Of a DNA stretch of 64,000 nucleotides, positions 1 through 12,476 are shown piece after piece. A program made the translations under genes and the position numbers. Source of the DNA: Macrostomum lignano (taxonomy: Eukaryota); NCBI GenBank assembly GCA_002269645.1, contig NIVC01001488.1, forward strand, positions 48,026 through 112,025. The letters run 5' to 3'. Under the pieces are notes generated by a model, which was given only the letters and a program-made list of their open reading frames with translations, did no database searches and had not been told where the DNA came from. Within the stretch, counting starts at the first letter, position 1. Every line of letters starts with the position of its first letter.

Positions 1-80
1 TCGAGTGTTTCAGAAAGTTTGTACAAACATCCGACTGCTTTGAACCAAAATTGAACCAAAACAGTCCATATCTGACTCAC

Positions 81-1202
81 TTGGTACTGAGGATGACGCG
101 TCCATCGGGCGAGACCTGCAGCAGGATTTGGGCACGGCAATCTTGTGAAAGAGGCCGGCCTTCTCGTTCAGAAAGTAGATGTCGGGCTGCCACACATTAT
201 CCACCATGAAGCCGATGCTGAGCACGTCGGTGAGCGAACTGCTGTATTTAAGCCGGTCGTCGTACCAGATTCTCCGAAAGTACATCGATGCGGAAAAGTC
301 CTGTGATTTTTTGTAAGAGATTTTAATGTTATAAAACTGAGCTGAACTTGTTCTGATAATGCTCGCGCTTATTCACGAGATTGAGCAATGAGTCAATGAC
401 TGAAAATATGATTGCATATCAATCAATAATTGTGATAGGAGCTGTGCTTCTTTGCTATCTTAGTTATCTGCTGCAATTGAAGTCTGCCAATATGTTTAAT
501 TTGCTGTCTACAGAGTCAGCTGTCAGTTAACCACGCGCACTGTCACCGCTCCTGTTGCAATCTGTTGTTCCGTCGGCAACTCCAGCTGACAGGCCACATC
601 ATTCACACCAGATCATGTTGCCGCTGACGCTGGAGGCATCGGTGAGAGCACACATGCACTCGGCCCGTGTTCGGTCACCGATGCGGCCTATGTTCACATC
701 CTAGCCTAGAGAACGCCCTGTAATGCTGATGTCCTACTTAATAACACCCAATAAACAGGAGTATCTGTTGTTGCTATTGTTGTGGTAAAGGATAACAACT
801 TTACTACTGTTTAACAGTTTAGAACAGCCTACGATGTCACGAAAACCAAATCATTTTAAGCATTAATTTAGATTATAAGAAAGATTGAGCACTAAGGCTC
901 ACCATATTGACCTCGTTTGTAGCCGTGACCTCGATGATGTAGATGCTGATATTGACGATGACTGGCAGTCGCTTTTCCAGGTTGGGCCGCACCTGACTGT
1001 TGTAGGGCGAGGCCAGCAGACTCGTGGCCAGACTGGCGAGCACCTGCGACTGCGAGTTGTTGGCGTTGAAGTTGTCAGCCGAGGTGGTTGGAGGCACTGT
1101 CGTGCTGGCGTCCGCCGTCGGTAACAAGCTTGGAAAATACAGCAGCGGCAGCTGCAGCAGGTGCTGCAGAAGCAGATTTCTATCGTACAAGAGTGTCCTC
1201 AT
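81..1202 (-). CDS. Cys-loop ligand-gated ion channel subunit (GABA/glycine/GluCl-like), N-terminal two exons; gene runs off the left edge
   Basis: Exon 1202-903 encodes a hydrophobic leader plus YNSQVRPN..PVIVNISIYIIEVTATNEVNM and ends at a GTGAGC donor. Exon 300-81 follows an AG and encodes DFSASMYFRRIWYDDRLKY..VWQPDIYFLNEKAGLFHKIAVP, then after a 1-nt frameshift ILLQVSPDGRVILSTK, ending at GTGAGT. These are the classic YxxxxRP, WxDxRL and WxPDxxFxNEK motifs. Confidence 0.9.
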
Positions 1203-2802
1203 TTTATCGAGCGCCCGAAAGGTAGGAACTGAGTCTGAGCTTAGCTGAGCTTAAATACTGCAGTATCGATGCATCAAACAGTCACCGCCATGGCACCCCT
1301 CTCTGACTAAAAACTGCTTTCATATATAGCTTGATTTGGGAAGGCTTCCACACTGGGCCTGTTGAAAAAAACAGATGCATTCCCATGACGAATCAGAGTG
1401 CGGCCGAGACAAAATGCTGGAGCCGTGTGTGCCAGTGAATCTAGCAAATAAGCGGCATGGGAAATGCAGTTTGAGTTGATTGGAGGAGCATGCGAGTGAT
1501 GCAACTGGATGAGGAATAGTTAGAGGTGAGATGGATGGGTAGAAAGGATGATCGAGTTGGAGCTGGAGAGAGAATTAAACTCAATTTGAAGACACGAATT
1601 CATAGGATTACAATACATGCACGCATGGTTATGCAACGCAGGAATAGAAACTCAAGGAGCACTAATGCTGCAAGGATCCTATAGGAGCATTAGTACAGCT
1701 ACAGGTTTGGTGTGGATCAGACATCCGAGTTACCTAGCCCAAGTGGATCCTGAAGCCCTCTCGTACTTTGTGAAGCAGGCACTACAAGGGAAAAACTCTG
1801 CGCATCATTCGCACCGAATCAAACCAAGGGCCGGGGCGCCAGAATCGTGGCGCCAGGGCGTTTACCGCCAGTTGCTCTGCCCCCGAGCTTCCAGTTAGTA
1901 CAGCGACCCTCCTGAGCGAAATTCAAAAGCCAAATCCCAACTTTATAATATCCTGTGACAGCGTCAAAAACAGTCTTTTATCGTTTCCTTTAGCTCAAAC
2001 CGAACTCTCAGAAATCAACAGTCATTATTTGGCGGGAGAAAGTACTTCAGCTCGCATTGTAAAGATCACGCCCGCCTTAAATAGACAAATTTAAGAATTG
2101 TTTTACTGCACGCGCTGACTTGACGCCAGCTGGACGCTGAAGGCTGCGTGAACAGTTAATTTCAACTCAACAGTCCATTCACAAAGCTGAGCGACTACTT
2201 GCTCTAATTCAATGGTCGTACTGTGCTAATTCTATTAATTAGCTAATTCCGGAAGTCAAGGGAATCCGTGTGTTAATATAGTTTTGCCGTAAGGTTTCGC
2301 TGAGGCACAAATGGATTCAGAAACGCTTGCACGCCAGTATTTTTAGTAGAGACCAAAGCGAGCCAGGTTTTTCACCTGTTTTGAATCGATTCCGCATTAT
2401 ACGCTCGCACTGCGGACTCACTGCCTGCCAGAACAGCTTAAGCAATATCTCATCTATTCCAAATCGCATTGTGAAGCAGAAGACACCTGCCAGATGTTTA
2501 AAACCGTCAGCTTCAGCTATTTTTCACGAGCTAGCTTTTCCTGTTTGAGAAAGTGGTAGTGAAAAATATGCTTTTCAGGGTAGTTTATCGATGGAAAAGA
2601 CTTCAATTGGGAAAGAAATTTTCTGCACTTTTATAGGCTTGTACAGAGGGCATCTAGACTGAAAGAATCGATGCTACACAGGGAGAGATAGGAAAACAGT
2701 TCAAGAACGCCTTCGTATTTGTCTATTTTAACTTTTTTATTTGAGTTACAGTTTAGTTGTCCGTACGAAAAAAATGTGCTTTACCATAGAACCAATTGGT
2801 CC

Positions 2803-2964
2803 ACTGAACGGTCGGGGGTTCGATTCTCGGCTCACTCGGAACAGTTTGAGTCCTTGAGCAAGACGCTTAACTCTGCATTGCTTCAGTTCACCAGCTGTAA
2901 AATGGGTGCCAGCATTAGCTGGGGTAATTAAGGGTTTGTGTGGCGACCCCCAGTCCTTGGACTC
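2803..2964 (+). mobile_element. 5'-truncated tRNA-derived SINE with CORE-like body
   Basis: B-box GGTTCGATTC at ~2818, followed by GAGTCCTTGAGCAAGACGCTTAACTCTGCATTGCTTCAGTTCACCAGCTGTAAAATGGG, which resembles the CORE-SINE domain. The same head is seen at 36303-36389. Confidence 0.65.
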
Positions 2965-2978
2965 AACAGCCGTACGTA

Positions 2979-3340
2979 TTTTTTTTTAGAGGCAGGGGGT
3001 TGTGTGCACCCTGGCGCACTTTAAGCGACATAGGCACACAACCGGCGAGAGGCATTACTGCCCATTCCGCCGACTCCCCTGAGCAGGCATACAAGCGCGC
3101 GGATACGTACGCAGGCACACACTCACACAGGAGTGTACAGCGGCCCTAACTTTATTTTATCGTTAGGCATGTACACTTCACTGCGCCTTGGGGGGCTGGC
3201 TCTCAAGGCCGTTAATTGCACGAGCAGAGCCAAGCCGAGATTCCAATCCAGCCCCAAATTAATGTGGCTGCACTTGGAATCGAGCCTGGGTCGCTGGCAC
3301 ACCAGAGCAGCTGCGCTACCGCTGGGCTACGGCCCCCCTT
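2979..3340 (-). mobile_element. Full-length tRNA-derived SINE with poly(A) tail and 14-bp target-site duplication
   Basis: The minus strand starts GGGGGCCGTAGCCCAGCGG (A-box) ... GGCTCGATTCC (B-box) and ends in an A-run (T-run from 2979 on plus). It is flanked by the identical AACAGCCGTACGTA at 2965-2978 and 3341-3354. Confidence 0.85.
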
Positions 3341-3589
3341 AACAGCCGTACGTAGCTTTCAGGTTGCATATCTGCCAATTAACACAGATGTAATTAATAA
3401 CTGTTATTACTAATATTATTCATTATATGCAACTCTCCATGGGAGTGGCCAAGGACCAACAACACCAATGGTGTCCCATGGCTAAGAAGAGTTAAAGGGG
3501 AAAGGAAATGAAATAATAAAAAGGGAGATGATGGAAAGAGAACAAACCAGGGAAAAGAGAAGTCTAAAAAACTGATCAAGGTGGTCTTT

Positions 3590-3700
3590 GAGACACCTGG
3601 CTCTTGAATATAGATGGCTTGATGACAGGATTAGCTAATGCTGCAGATAGAGAATTCCATAACTTACAGTATGTGGAAGGGAGTACGAGCCGTACTGTTA
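3590..3700 (-). mobile_element. Decayed 3' end of a CR1/L2-like LINE ORF2
   Basis: One minus frame reads KLWNSLSAALANPVIKPSIFKS, matching the WNxLP...FK C-terminal motif of CR1/L2 ORF2. The match is short and degenerate. Confidence 0.4.
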
Positions 3701-4089
3701 ATATTATTTTACTCACAGCAAAGAACTCCAGCATAGATTAGGCTTCTGGTACGGGCGCTTTTGTTAATTGCTTAGCGATATAACAGCCCCGTATTTTCAC
3801 AAAGGTTTGGGAAAAGCATTGAATTTTAGACAGACAATAAGCACTAGGAAATGGGAATAAATTGCTCGTAACACCCGCTATTGTGTACAACTGTAATTGT
3901 ATTTTATTGTTGTTCACAAAGCAGTTGGAAGCAGCTGTATTTGCCAATAAGAAAGAGACAAAATGCATTGCAAATCTGCTGGCTTTCGCACGCCTGCAGA
4001 AACAACAAAAATACGGCTTTCTGCTGCAACGACGCGTGGATCGACGTCAGCCACACGGGCGGCTCACCGTGCTTGGCTAAGTCGACGAT

Positions 4090-4340
4090 CTCTCCTTGTT
4101 ATTCTCAGATCAAGATCGGAAACGAGCGGGTTTCTAACACGGAACTTTATCAACGCGTTGGCCCGGTCCGTTCAAGCGACCTTTTGCGCCGTTGGCGACT
4201 ACATCTAGCAGACCACGTCATCTCCGCCGAATCCTACTGCCCACAGTCGGTGCTGGAGGTGCTGCTGATGCTGCAGGCTCCCTACCGGCATGGGGCAGGG
4301 CAAGCATCGGGCGTTTGGTCGACTGCCCTCTTGCAGGTAG
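4090..4340 (+). mobile_element. RTE-clade LINE ORF2 C-terminal fragment
   Basis: Within ORF 3881-4399: RVSNTELYQRVGPVRSSDLLRRWRLHLADHVISAE..APYRHGAG, matching the RTE pattern +SNxELxxR...RRLRxxGH+xR. Confidence 0.65.
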
Positions 4341-6614
4341 AAAAGTGCAGCTGGTGGAGCCCTGGGTTGCAGCTGCAGGATTCGCTCATTTATGAGTGAA
4401 GTCGCTTTTAGTTAACGCACAATTAAGAGATAGAATTTTGTGCTCGATCCGTGCCTGACTTGCGCTTGCCGTGCGGGCAAAGCCATCGCTTCAGCACGAC
4501 TCCACACTTCCGTTTCCGCGGGATTCAGATATCAGTGCAGCAGGTCCAAGGCGTTCATGGGGTGCATGGGGAAATTTTGAAATATGACTGCAGCCAAACA
4601 CAATGGAAGTCCGACCAGAGATGCACTGGGTGACTGGAAGAGGTCAAGCTTTTTTTGGAAAATAAGAGAAGTACTATTAGGGGAATAATTAACCACACTC
4701 GGAGCTCAGCTCACTCAGAAGATTGACCGGAAGCATTCAATTAGATTGGGATTGACTGAAATGAGCACGAAGAATTAAAATTCGAAAAAAATTATTCAAA
4801 ACTCTGCAGGACTTTTTTGTTCTTGAAAAATTACAAATTTACCTATAATCACCAAACTGCTTCTCAAGCAAAGCATGAACAGTATCAAGAATATTGTCAA
4901 GATCATTAGGCTGTGACACAAGAAAAGGCCTGTCGAGGCAGGAAGATGTATAAAAGCTGTATATGTATATGTCAACTTACGCTCGTACAAGTACATCTTG
5001 GCACAACTAAGTTATTCACGAGTAGAACAGCAAGGCAACTGACTATAAGCCATCATCGCGCTACCTGGCCATTTTCTCTCGTGTTCGTAGATCACCCTGA
5101 GGGTTCGCTAACATGGCAATTTACTTGCAATTTTAGCTTTTAAGTGCTTTGAGTGGCTTTTGGATTGCATGGTAGAAAAAAGCGGATTGAGCTGATCCGA
5201 GGTCGAGACATTAAAAATCCGTTGAAATAAGAACGCGACGGCTACTTGGGTGCAGGAGATTCGCGATAGTGGATTGCGACTTGAAGAAAGCGAAAAAACT
5301 AGCAGCCGAAAAGCCACTAGAAACTCAATGGCAGACCACTCAGCATAAGAGCAGGTAACGGAGATCCTCTGCTGAGAGAGTTAAGAAATTTATTATGAGA
5401 TCAACTTTCGATCAACTACATCGCTTTAATACCTTCGATATCCTGCTTATGGAAGCCAAGTTGTTTGGATTCTTGATCTTGATGTTTCACTCTGTTTACT
5501 GTACTACTAGCAGTAGCTTGGATAACATTTTTTTCAGGAGTACATGTAGAACAATAGCGAAACTTTTCATAAGCAGTTGGAAGCAAGAACTCTCACTTTC
5601 AGGGGTCAAGATAAAATATTTTTTCTTAGCACCGTTAGAGTTTGAGTTCAGTCTGTAGGCACCCATTTTAGACAGACCTCATGCAAATGATAGTAGAATG
5701 CAAGTTGAAAAGCATCCTTGAAAGCAGGTGATTCAAGTTTCATCAAACACTCAAAATCTCAAGAAGTTTTATGGCACTCAGGGAGGAAGGATTTGGAAAC
5801 GGAATCTCTTAACGACAAAATTCAAGCTACCAGGCTTACCCGATAAAAGCAGCCATTACTCTGATGCTTTGATACATTTCACTGACTCTTGATACAGTTG
5901 AACCATTAAGTTGGAATCAGTTTCAGAGGCACTCACATCGAGACTCTTTTCCCCATAAAAAGACGCTGCTGTTTTCTGCTGCTTAATGCTTACTCCAGAG
6001 TTAAAAGCAAAATAGATATTGCCTTGCTGAATTTGCTAGCGACAAGCGAGAACCGCACCCTTCGGGTCATAAATAAGGATAATATATTCGCAAAGGGGAT
6101 GTGCGCACACTGGCGCAACGACTTCGGCGAAATCGTTTCACAACCAGAGCTGACGGCAACTCTGCCCATTCCGCTGACTCCTGAGCACACACAAGCTCGC
6201 CAATACTCTACGCAGGCACGAACTCTTTAGTACTCAGATGAGATCATCTATCAATTTTATCCATCAAACCCCCGCTGCCGTGTGGAGTGCAATGCATCCA
6301 TTTATCCTCTGATACTAATTAAAAGCTTACTGGACCTACAAAAAGTGTTTTGAATCCGCAAGGCTTGGGCCTAGATTGTCTAATCTGATCAAGGCCCTCA
6401 TTTGACACGCAACTGTCCGCTGCTTTTCCTGTGTACGAGCGTACAGACATTTTTCTGGGCACTGGTCAGAATAAATGGCAAAATTCGTCCGATTGGACGC
6501 TCGGGGGGGGGAGGTTTGACATCACATGTACTATTTAAACTGTATAACTGTAGACTTACATAGGGTAATCATTAGATTGGTTATCTACAAGTAGTTAAAA
6601 ATCAAGCATAAGTC

Positions 6615-7122
6615 ATGAGCAGCTGCTCAAAATCTCCTGACAGGCCAGCTCCAATAGCCGGTCAGCTGGGCGTCTTCGTGAAAAACTTCTGCAGCTACAC
6701 AACTGCTCACGGTTTGGGTCGATTCTCTGAGCAGTCCAGCCTTATTGGCAAGTGCATCTGGGTCGGATTTCTATTGAGCACTTACGGCGGATTTGCCTAC
6801 CACCTGTCCACTTTGTTCGAAAGATTTATCCAGGCTCCCGTGCTCACGACGATGAAGTTTTCTACACTGTCGTTCCAGTTCCCGGATGTGTAAATCTGTC
6901 CAACAAGCACAGTAACGATGAGCATGGCAGTCCAGCAGCTGCCGTCTTACCAAATTTACGCGCTTGAGAACTTTCCCAATCTAGGAATTGGCACGAAAAT
7001 CGCTCTGTACAACTTTGAGCTCCTATCTGGGAGGTATGTGGATCCCAGCAAACCCGCTGTTGCATTGGGGAAGGTGCTCCACAGCACAGAAGCCGCAATA
7101 ATGAGCAAACTTCAGTTTTCGG
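6615..7122 (+). CDS. DEG/ENaC exon 1 (N-terminus, HG motif, TM1, start of ectodomain)
   Basis: ORFs 6615-6893 and 6918-7217 are the same frame, separated by a single TAA. Phase-1 donor G|GTAAAT at 7123. Confidence 0.9.
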
Positions 7123-7361
7123 GTAAATTTTCAGACAGTACTAGCAATCTACGCCCCCCGTTGGGGAGCCAAAGATATGCTATACACGTTTTTTTAATAA
7201 GCTACATGTATCCTTGAAATCTTAAAAAATCTCCTGTCAAACCTTGTAAGCCTTGACATGTCAGTAATTCCCCCCCCCAGCTTTAACATATCAACTTCCC
7301 CCCTTGACATCTCAGCAATGCCCCAATAAGCCTTGGAAATCTAAAAATATCTGTCAACCTT

Positions 7362-7394
7362 CTAACCCTAACCCTAACCCTAACCTAACCCTAA
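7362..7394. repeat. Interstitial telomere-type (CCCTAA)n tract within Helitron family 1; homologous tracts at 9765-9820 and 12703-12764
   Basis: Direct reading; same position in all three family-1 units, with differing lengths. Confidence 0.9.
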
Positions 7395-8289
7395 AGCATT
7401 GAAATTTCAGTAATTCTCTCTAAGAGTCATTATAGCACTACTACAGCATTATAGCGATAAGCTTCTTTTATTTTTTACATAACGCTTTTTTTATCAGCGA
7501 TCCCTCGCCTGAGGAGGCATCAAATAATGTAATAAAAAGTTTTCAATAAACTACATGTAGCTTCTGACTTTAGCCTTGAAATCTCATTTATACCCCCGTG
7601 AGCCTTGACATCTCAGCTATTCCCCCCCGTAAGCCTTGACATGTCAGCGATGGCCCCCATAAACCTTGAAATCTAAAAAATCCACTGTTAACCTTGAAAC
7701 CCGATAAAATATAACCCTCAACCCACACCTGACCTAAACCTAACTTTAACCCAACCTAAAGCCTTGAAATCTCAGCAATTCTTCTCCCCTAAGCCTTGAC
7801 ATTTTAGTGATTCCTTTAAGAATCACAGCACTATAACGATTTCCACCAAGCTTTGACATCGCGCGTAGCAATTCCCAAATGAATCTTTTAACTTCGACAT
7901 GACTTGTCTTTTATGTATACATAGTGCTACTTTTATTTTTTACATGACTCTTCTTCTATCAGCACCCCCCCCCATGGCGAGCCAACAAAGAATGCAATAA
8001 AAAATTGAGTAAAGTACATGAACTTTGAAGTAGCTTCTGACTTTTGCTTTGAGATCCCAGAAACAACCCCCCCCCCCTCGTAATCTCAGTTATTCTCTGA
8101 GAGCCTTTACGTCTCAGTTTTTCTTCCCAGCACAGCATTATAGCTGCATTTCATTTTTACATGACATCCTTCACGTCTGACATGACGCTTCTTTTGATTT
8201 TTACATTACACTTCTTTTATTCTTCCATGATGCTTCTTAATTTTTTAAATGACGCTTTCATTAGTTTTTAAATGAGGCTTCTATGATTT

Positions 8290-9399
8290 TTTCATGACGC
8301 TTCTATGATTGTTTACATGACGCTTCTATGCTTTTTACATGACGCTTCTATGCTTTTTACATGACGCTTCTATGATTATTTCATGACGCTTCTGTGATTG
8401 TTTACATGACGCTTCTATGATTTTTACATGACGCTTCTATGATTTTTATATGACGATTCTATGATTTTTACATGACGCTTCTATGATTTATACATGACGC
8501 TTCCATGATTTTTTACATGACGCTTCTATGTTTTTTACATGACGCTTCTATGATTTTTTCATGACGCTTCTACGATTTCTGCAGGACGCTTCTATGATTT
8601 TTTACATGACGCTTCTATGCTTTTTACATGACGCTTCTATGATTTTTTCATGACGCTCCTATGTTTTTTTCATGACGCTTCTATGATTTTTACATGACGC
8701 TACTATGATTTTTACATGACGCTTCCATGACTTTTTACATGACGCTTCTATGCTTTTTACATGACGCTTCTATGATTTTTTACATGACGCTTCTATGCTT
8801 TTTACATGACGCTTCCATGATTTTTTACATGACGCTTCCATGATTTTTTCATGACGCTTCTATGATTTTTACATGACGCTTCCATGATTTTTTACATGAC
8901 ACTTCTATGATTTTTTGCATGACGCTTCTATGATTTTTTACATGACGCTTCTATGATTGTTTACATGACGCTTCTATGATTTTTTACATGACGCTTCTAT
9001 GATATTTTCATGACGCTTCTATGATTGTTTACATGACGCTTCTATGATTTTTTACATGACGCTTCTATGATTGTTTATATGACGCTTCTATGATTTTTTA
9101 AATGACGCTTCTACGATTTTTTACATGACGCTTTTATGATGTTTTAGATGACGCTTCTATGATTTTTTACATGACGCTTCTATGATTTTTTACATGACGC
9201 TTCTATGATTGTTTACACGATGCTTCTATGATTTTTTACATGACGCTTCTATGATTTTTACATGACGCTTCTATGATTGTTTACATGACGCTTCCATGAT
9301 TTTTTACATGACGCTTCTATGATTTTTTTTCATGACGCTTCCATGATTTTTTACATGACGCTTCTATGATTTTTTACATGACGCTTCTATGATTTTTTA
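8290..9399. repeat. 21-22 bp tandem array (CATGACGCTTCTATGATTTTTTA), Helitron family 1 cargo
   Basis: About 50 visible tandem copies; boundaries approximate. Confidence 0.95.
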
Positions 9400-9541
9400 G
9401 TTTTCTTCTTGGTGTTAAAAAGCTTTAATTAAAAAAATTCCACTCTCTAAAAATTCGAACCATCGTCCCTGCATTTAGCAGTCAGTCTGTTTACCTCTAG
9501 GCTAGCTCTCATCGTTTTGATAATATGAATTTTAGCACTTA

Positions 9542-12476
9542 CTAGCAATCTACGCCCCCCCGTTGGGGAGCCAAAGAAATGCAATTCACGTTTTTTAATA
9601 AGTTACATGTATCCTTGAAATCTTAAAAAATCTCCTATCAAACCTTGTAAGCCTTGACATGTCAGTAATTCCCCCCACAAGCTTTAACATATCAACTTCC
9701 CCCCCTTGACATCTCAGCCATGCCCCCAATAAGCCTTGGAAATCTAAAAATATCTGTCAACCTTCTAACCCTAACCCTAGCCTAACCCCAACCCTAACCC
9801 TAACCCTAACCTAACCCTAAAGCATTGAAATTTCAGTAATTCTCTCTAAGAGTCATTATAGCACTACTACAGCATTATAGCGATTCCCTGCAAGCCTCGA
9901 CATCGTAGGGATTCCCAAATGAATATCTTAACTTCGACATGAAGCTTCTTTTATTTTTTACATTACGCTTTTTTAATCAGCGATCCCTCCCCTGAGGAGG
10001 CATCAAATAATGTAATAAAAAGTTTTCAATAAACTACATGTAGCTTCTGACTTTAGCCTTGAAATCTCATTTATACCCCCGTGAGCCTTGACATCTCAGC
10101 TATTCCCCCCGTAAGCCTTAACATGTCAGCGATGGCACCCATAAACCTTGAAATCTGAAAAATCCCCTGCTAACCTTGAAACTCGATAAAATATAACCCT
10201 CAACCCACACCTGACCTAAACCTAACTTTAACCCAACCTAAAGCCTTGAAATCTCAGCAATTCTTCTCCCCTAAGCCTTGACATTTTAGTGATTCCTTTA
10301 AGAATCACAGCACTATAACGATTTCCACCTAGCTTTGACATCGTAGCAATTCCCAAATGAATCTTTTAACTTCGACATGACTCTTCTTTTATGTATACTT
10401 AGTGCTACTTTTATTTTTTACATGACTCTTCTTCTATCAGCGCCTCCCGTGGCGAGCCAACAAAGAATGCAATAAAAAAATTGAGTAAAGTACATGAACT
10501 TTGAATTAGCTTCTGACTTTTGCTTTGACATCTCAGAAACCCCCCCCGTAATCTCAGTTATTCTCTGAGAGCCTTGACGTCTCAGTAATTCTCCCCAGCA
10601 CAGCATTATAGCTGCATTTAATTTTTCCATGACACCTTTCATGTCTGACATGACGCTTCTTTTATTCTACTATGATGCTTCTTAATTTTTTAAATGACAC
10701 TTTCATTAGTTTTTAAATGACGCTTCTATGATTTTTCATGACGCTTCTATGATTTTTACATGACGCTTCTATGATTTTTTACATGACGCTTCTATGATTG
10801 TTTACATGACGCTTCTATGATTGTTTACATGACGCTTCTATGATTTTTTAAATGACGTTTTTTGATTTTTATATGACGCCTCCATGATTGTTTACATGAC
10901 GCTTTAATGATTTTTTCATGACGCTTCTATGATTTTTACATGACGCTTCTATGATTGTTTACATGACGCTTCTATGATTGTTTATATGACGCTTCTATGA
11001 TTTTTTAAATGACGCTTCTACGATTTTTTACATGACGCTTTTATGATGTTTTAGATGACGCTTCTATGATTTTTTACATGACGCTTCTATGATTTTTTAC
11101 ATGACGCTTCTATGATTGTTTACACGATGCTTCTATGATTTTTTACATGACGCTTCTATGATTTTTTACATGACGCTTCTATGATTGTTTACATGACGCT
11201 TCTATGATTTTTACATGACGCTTCTATGATTGTTTACATGACGCTTCTATGATTGTTTATATGACGCTTCTATGATTTTTACATGACGCTTCTATGATTT
11301 TTTACATGACGCTTCTATGATTTTTTACACGATGCTTCTATGATTTTTTACATGACGCTTCTATGATTTTTTACATGACGCTTGTATGATTTTTTACATG
11401 ACGCTTCTATAATTATTTCATGACGCTTCTACGATTTCTGCAGGACGCTTCAATGATTTTTACATGACACCTCTATGATTTTTACATGACGCTTCTATGA
11501 TTTTTACATGACGCTTCTATGATTTTTTATATGACGCTTCTATGATTGTTTATATGACGCTTCTATGATTTTTTACATGACGCTACTATGATTTTTACAT
11601 TACGCTTCTATGATTGTTTACATGACGCTTCCATGATTGTTTACATGACGCTTCTATGATTTTTTACATGACGCTTCTATGATTGTTTACATGACGCCTC
11701 TATGATTTTTTACATGACGCTTCTATGATTGTTTACATGACGCTTCTATGATTTTTTACATGACACTTCTATGCTTTTTACATGATGCTTCCACGATTTT
11801 TTACATGACACTTCCACGATTTTTTACATGACGCTTCTATGATTTTTTACATGACGCTTTTATGATTTTTTTAGTTTTCTTGGCGTTAAAAAGCTTTAAT
11901 TAAAAAACTCTACTCTCTAAAAATTCGAACCATCGTTTCTGCATTTAGCAGTTCAGTCTGTTTACCTCTAGGCTAGCTCTCATCGTTTTGATAACATGAA
12001 TTCAGCACTTATAATTATAAGTTTCAAAACTCCAAGCATAGAGTAAATCACACGAGGCAGTTATTACATAATCAATTTCTCAGTCAGTCAGTATCAGTTA
12101 ACAATATGGTTGCGCAATCTAAATCAAGTCTGGTGCTACGCTTCCACACTGCATTTTCAATACTGTGACGCAATTCAATTCGGAGTTACAATTCAGTTAT
12201 GATGTAATCCATTTCAGAATCAGAATTCAACCAGTCAGTTTTTTCTCTAGCATTCTTACAATGCATTTCAAGTCGAAAAGTTTGCTTGACCTTTGCAAAA
12301 AAGCATGTTTTTCGAATATTTAATCGCTTTAACATGGAGCAATTTCTTAGCCAAGATGCATGTACCGTCCCAGGAAAATTTCTGATCGAACAGTGCAAGT
12401 CTCATGAAAATCGGTCCAGCCATTTTTTCTCTAATCGATTGCGTACAAACAAACAACTCATTTTTAGTATATAGGA
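9542..12476 (-). mobile_element. Helitron unit, family 1 (2935 bp)
   Basis: CTAG end at 9542 and TC start at 12476. Inserted into the outer copy at CACTTA|TAATTAT. Confidence 0.9.
10710..11870. repeat. 21-22 bp tandem array, second copy
   Basis: Same unit as 8290-9399 and shares diagnostic variant blocks with it; boundaries approximate. Confidence 0.95.

Noticed and set aside
1307-1900. Possible decayed LINE fragment upstream of the Cys-loop gene
   Set aside because: Only a faint FFNR...SF resemblance to CR1/L2 C-termini, too weak to call.
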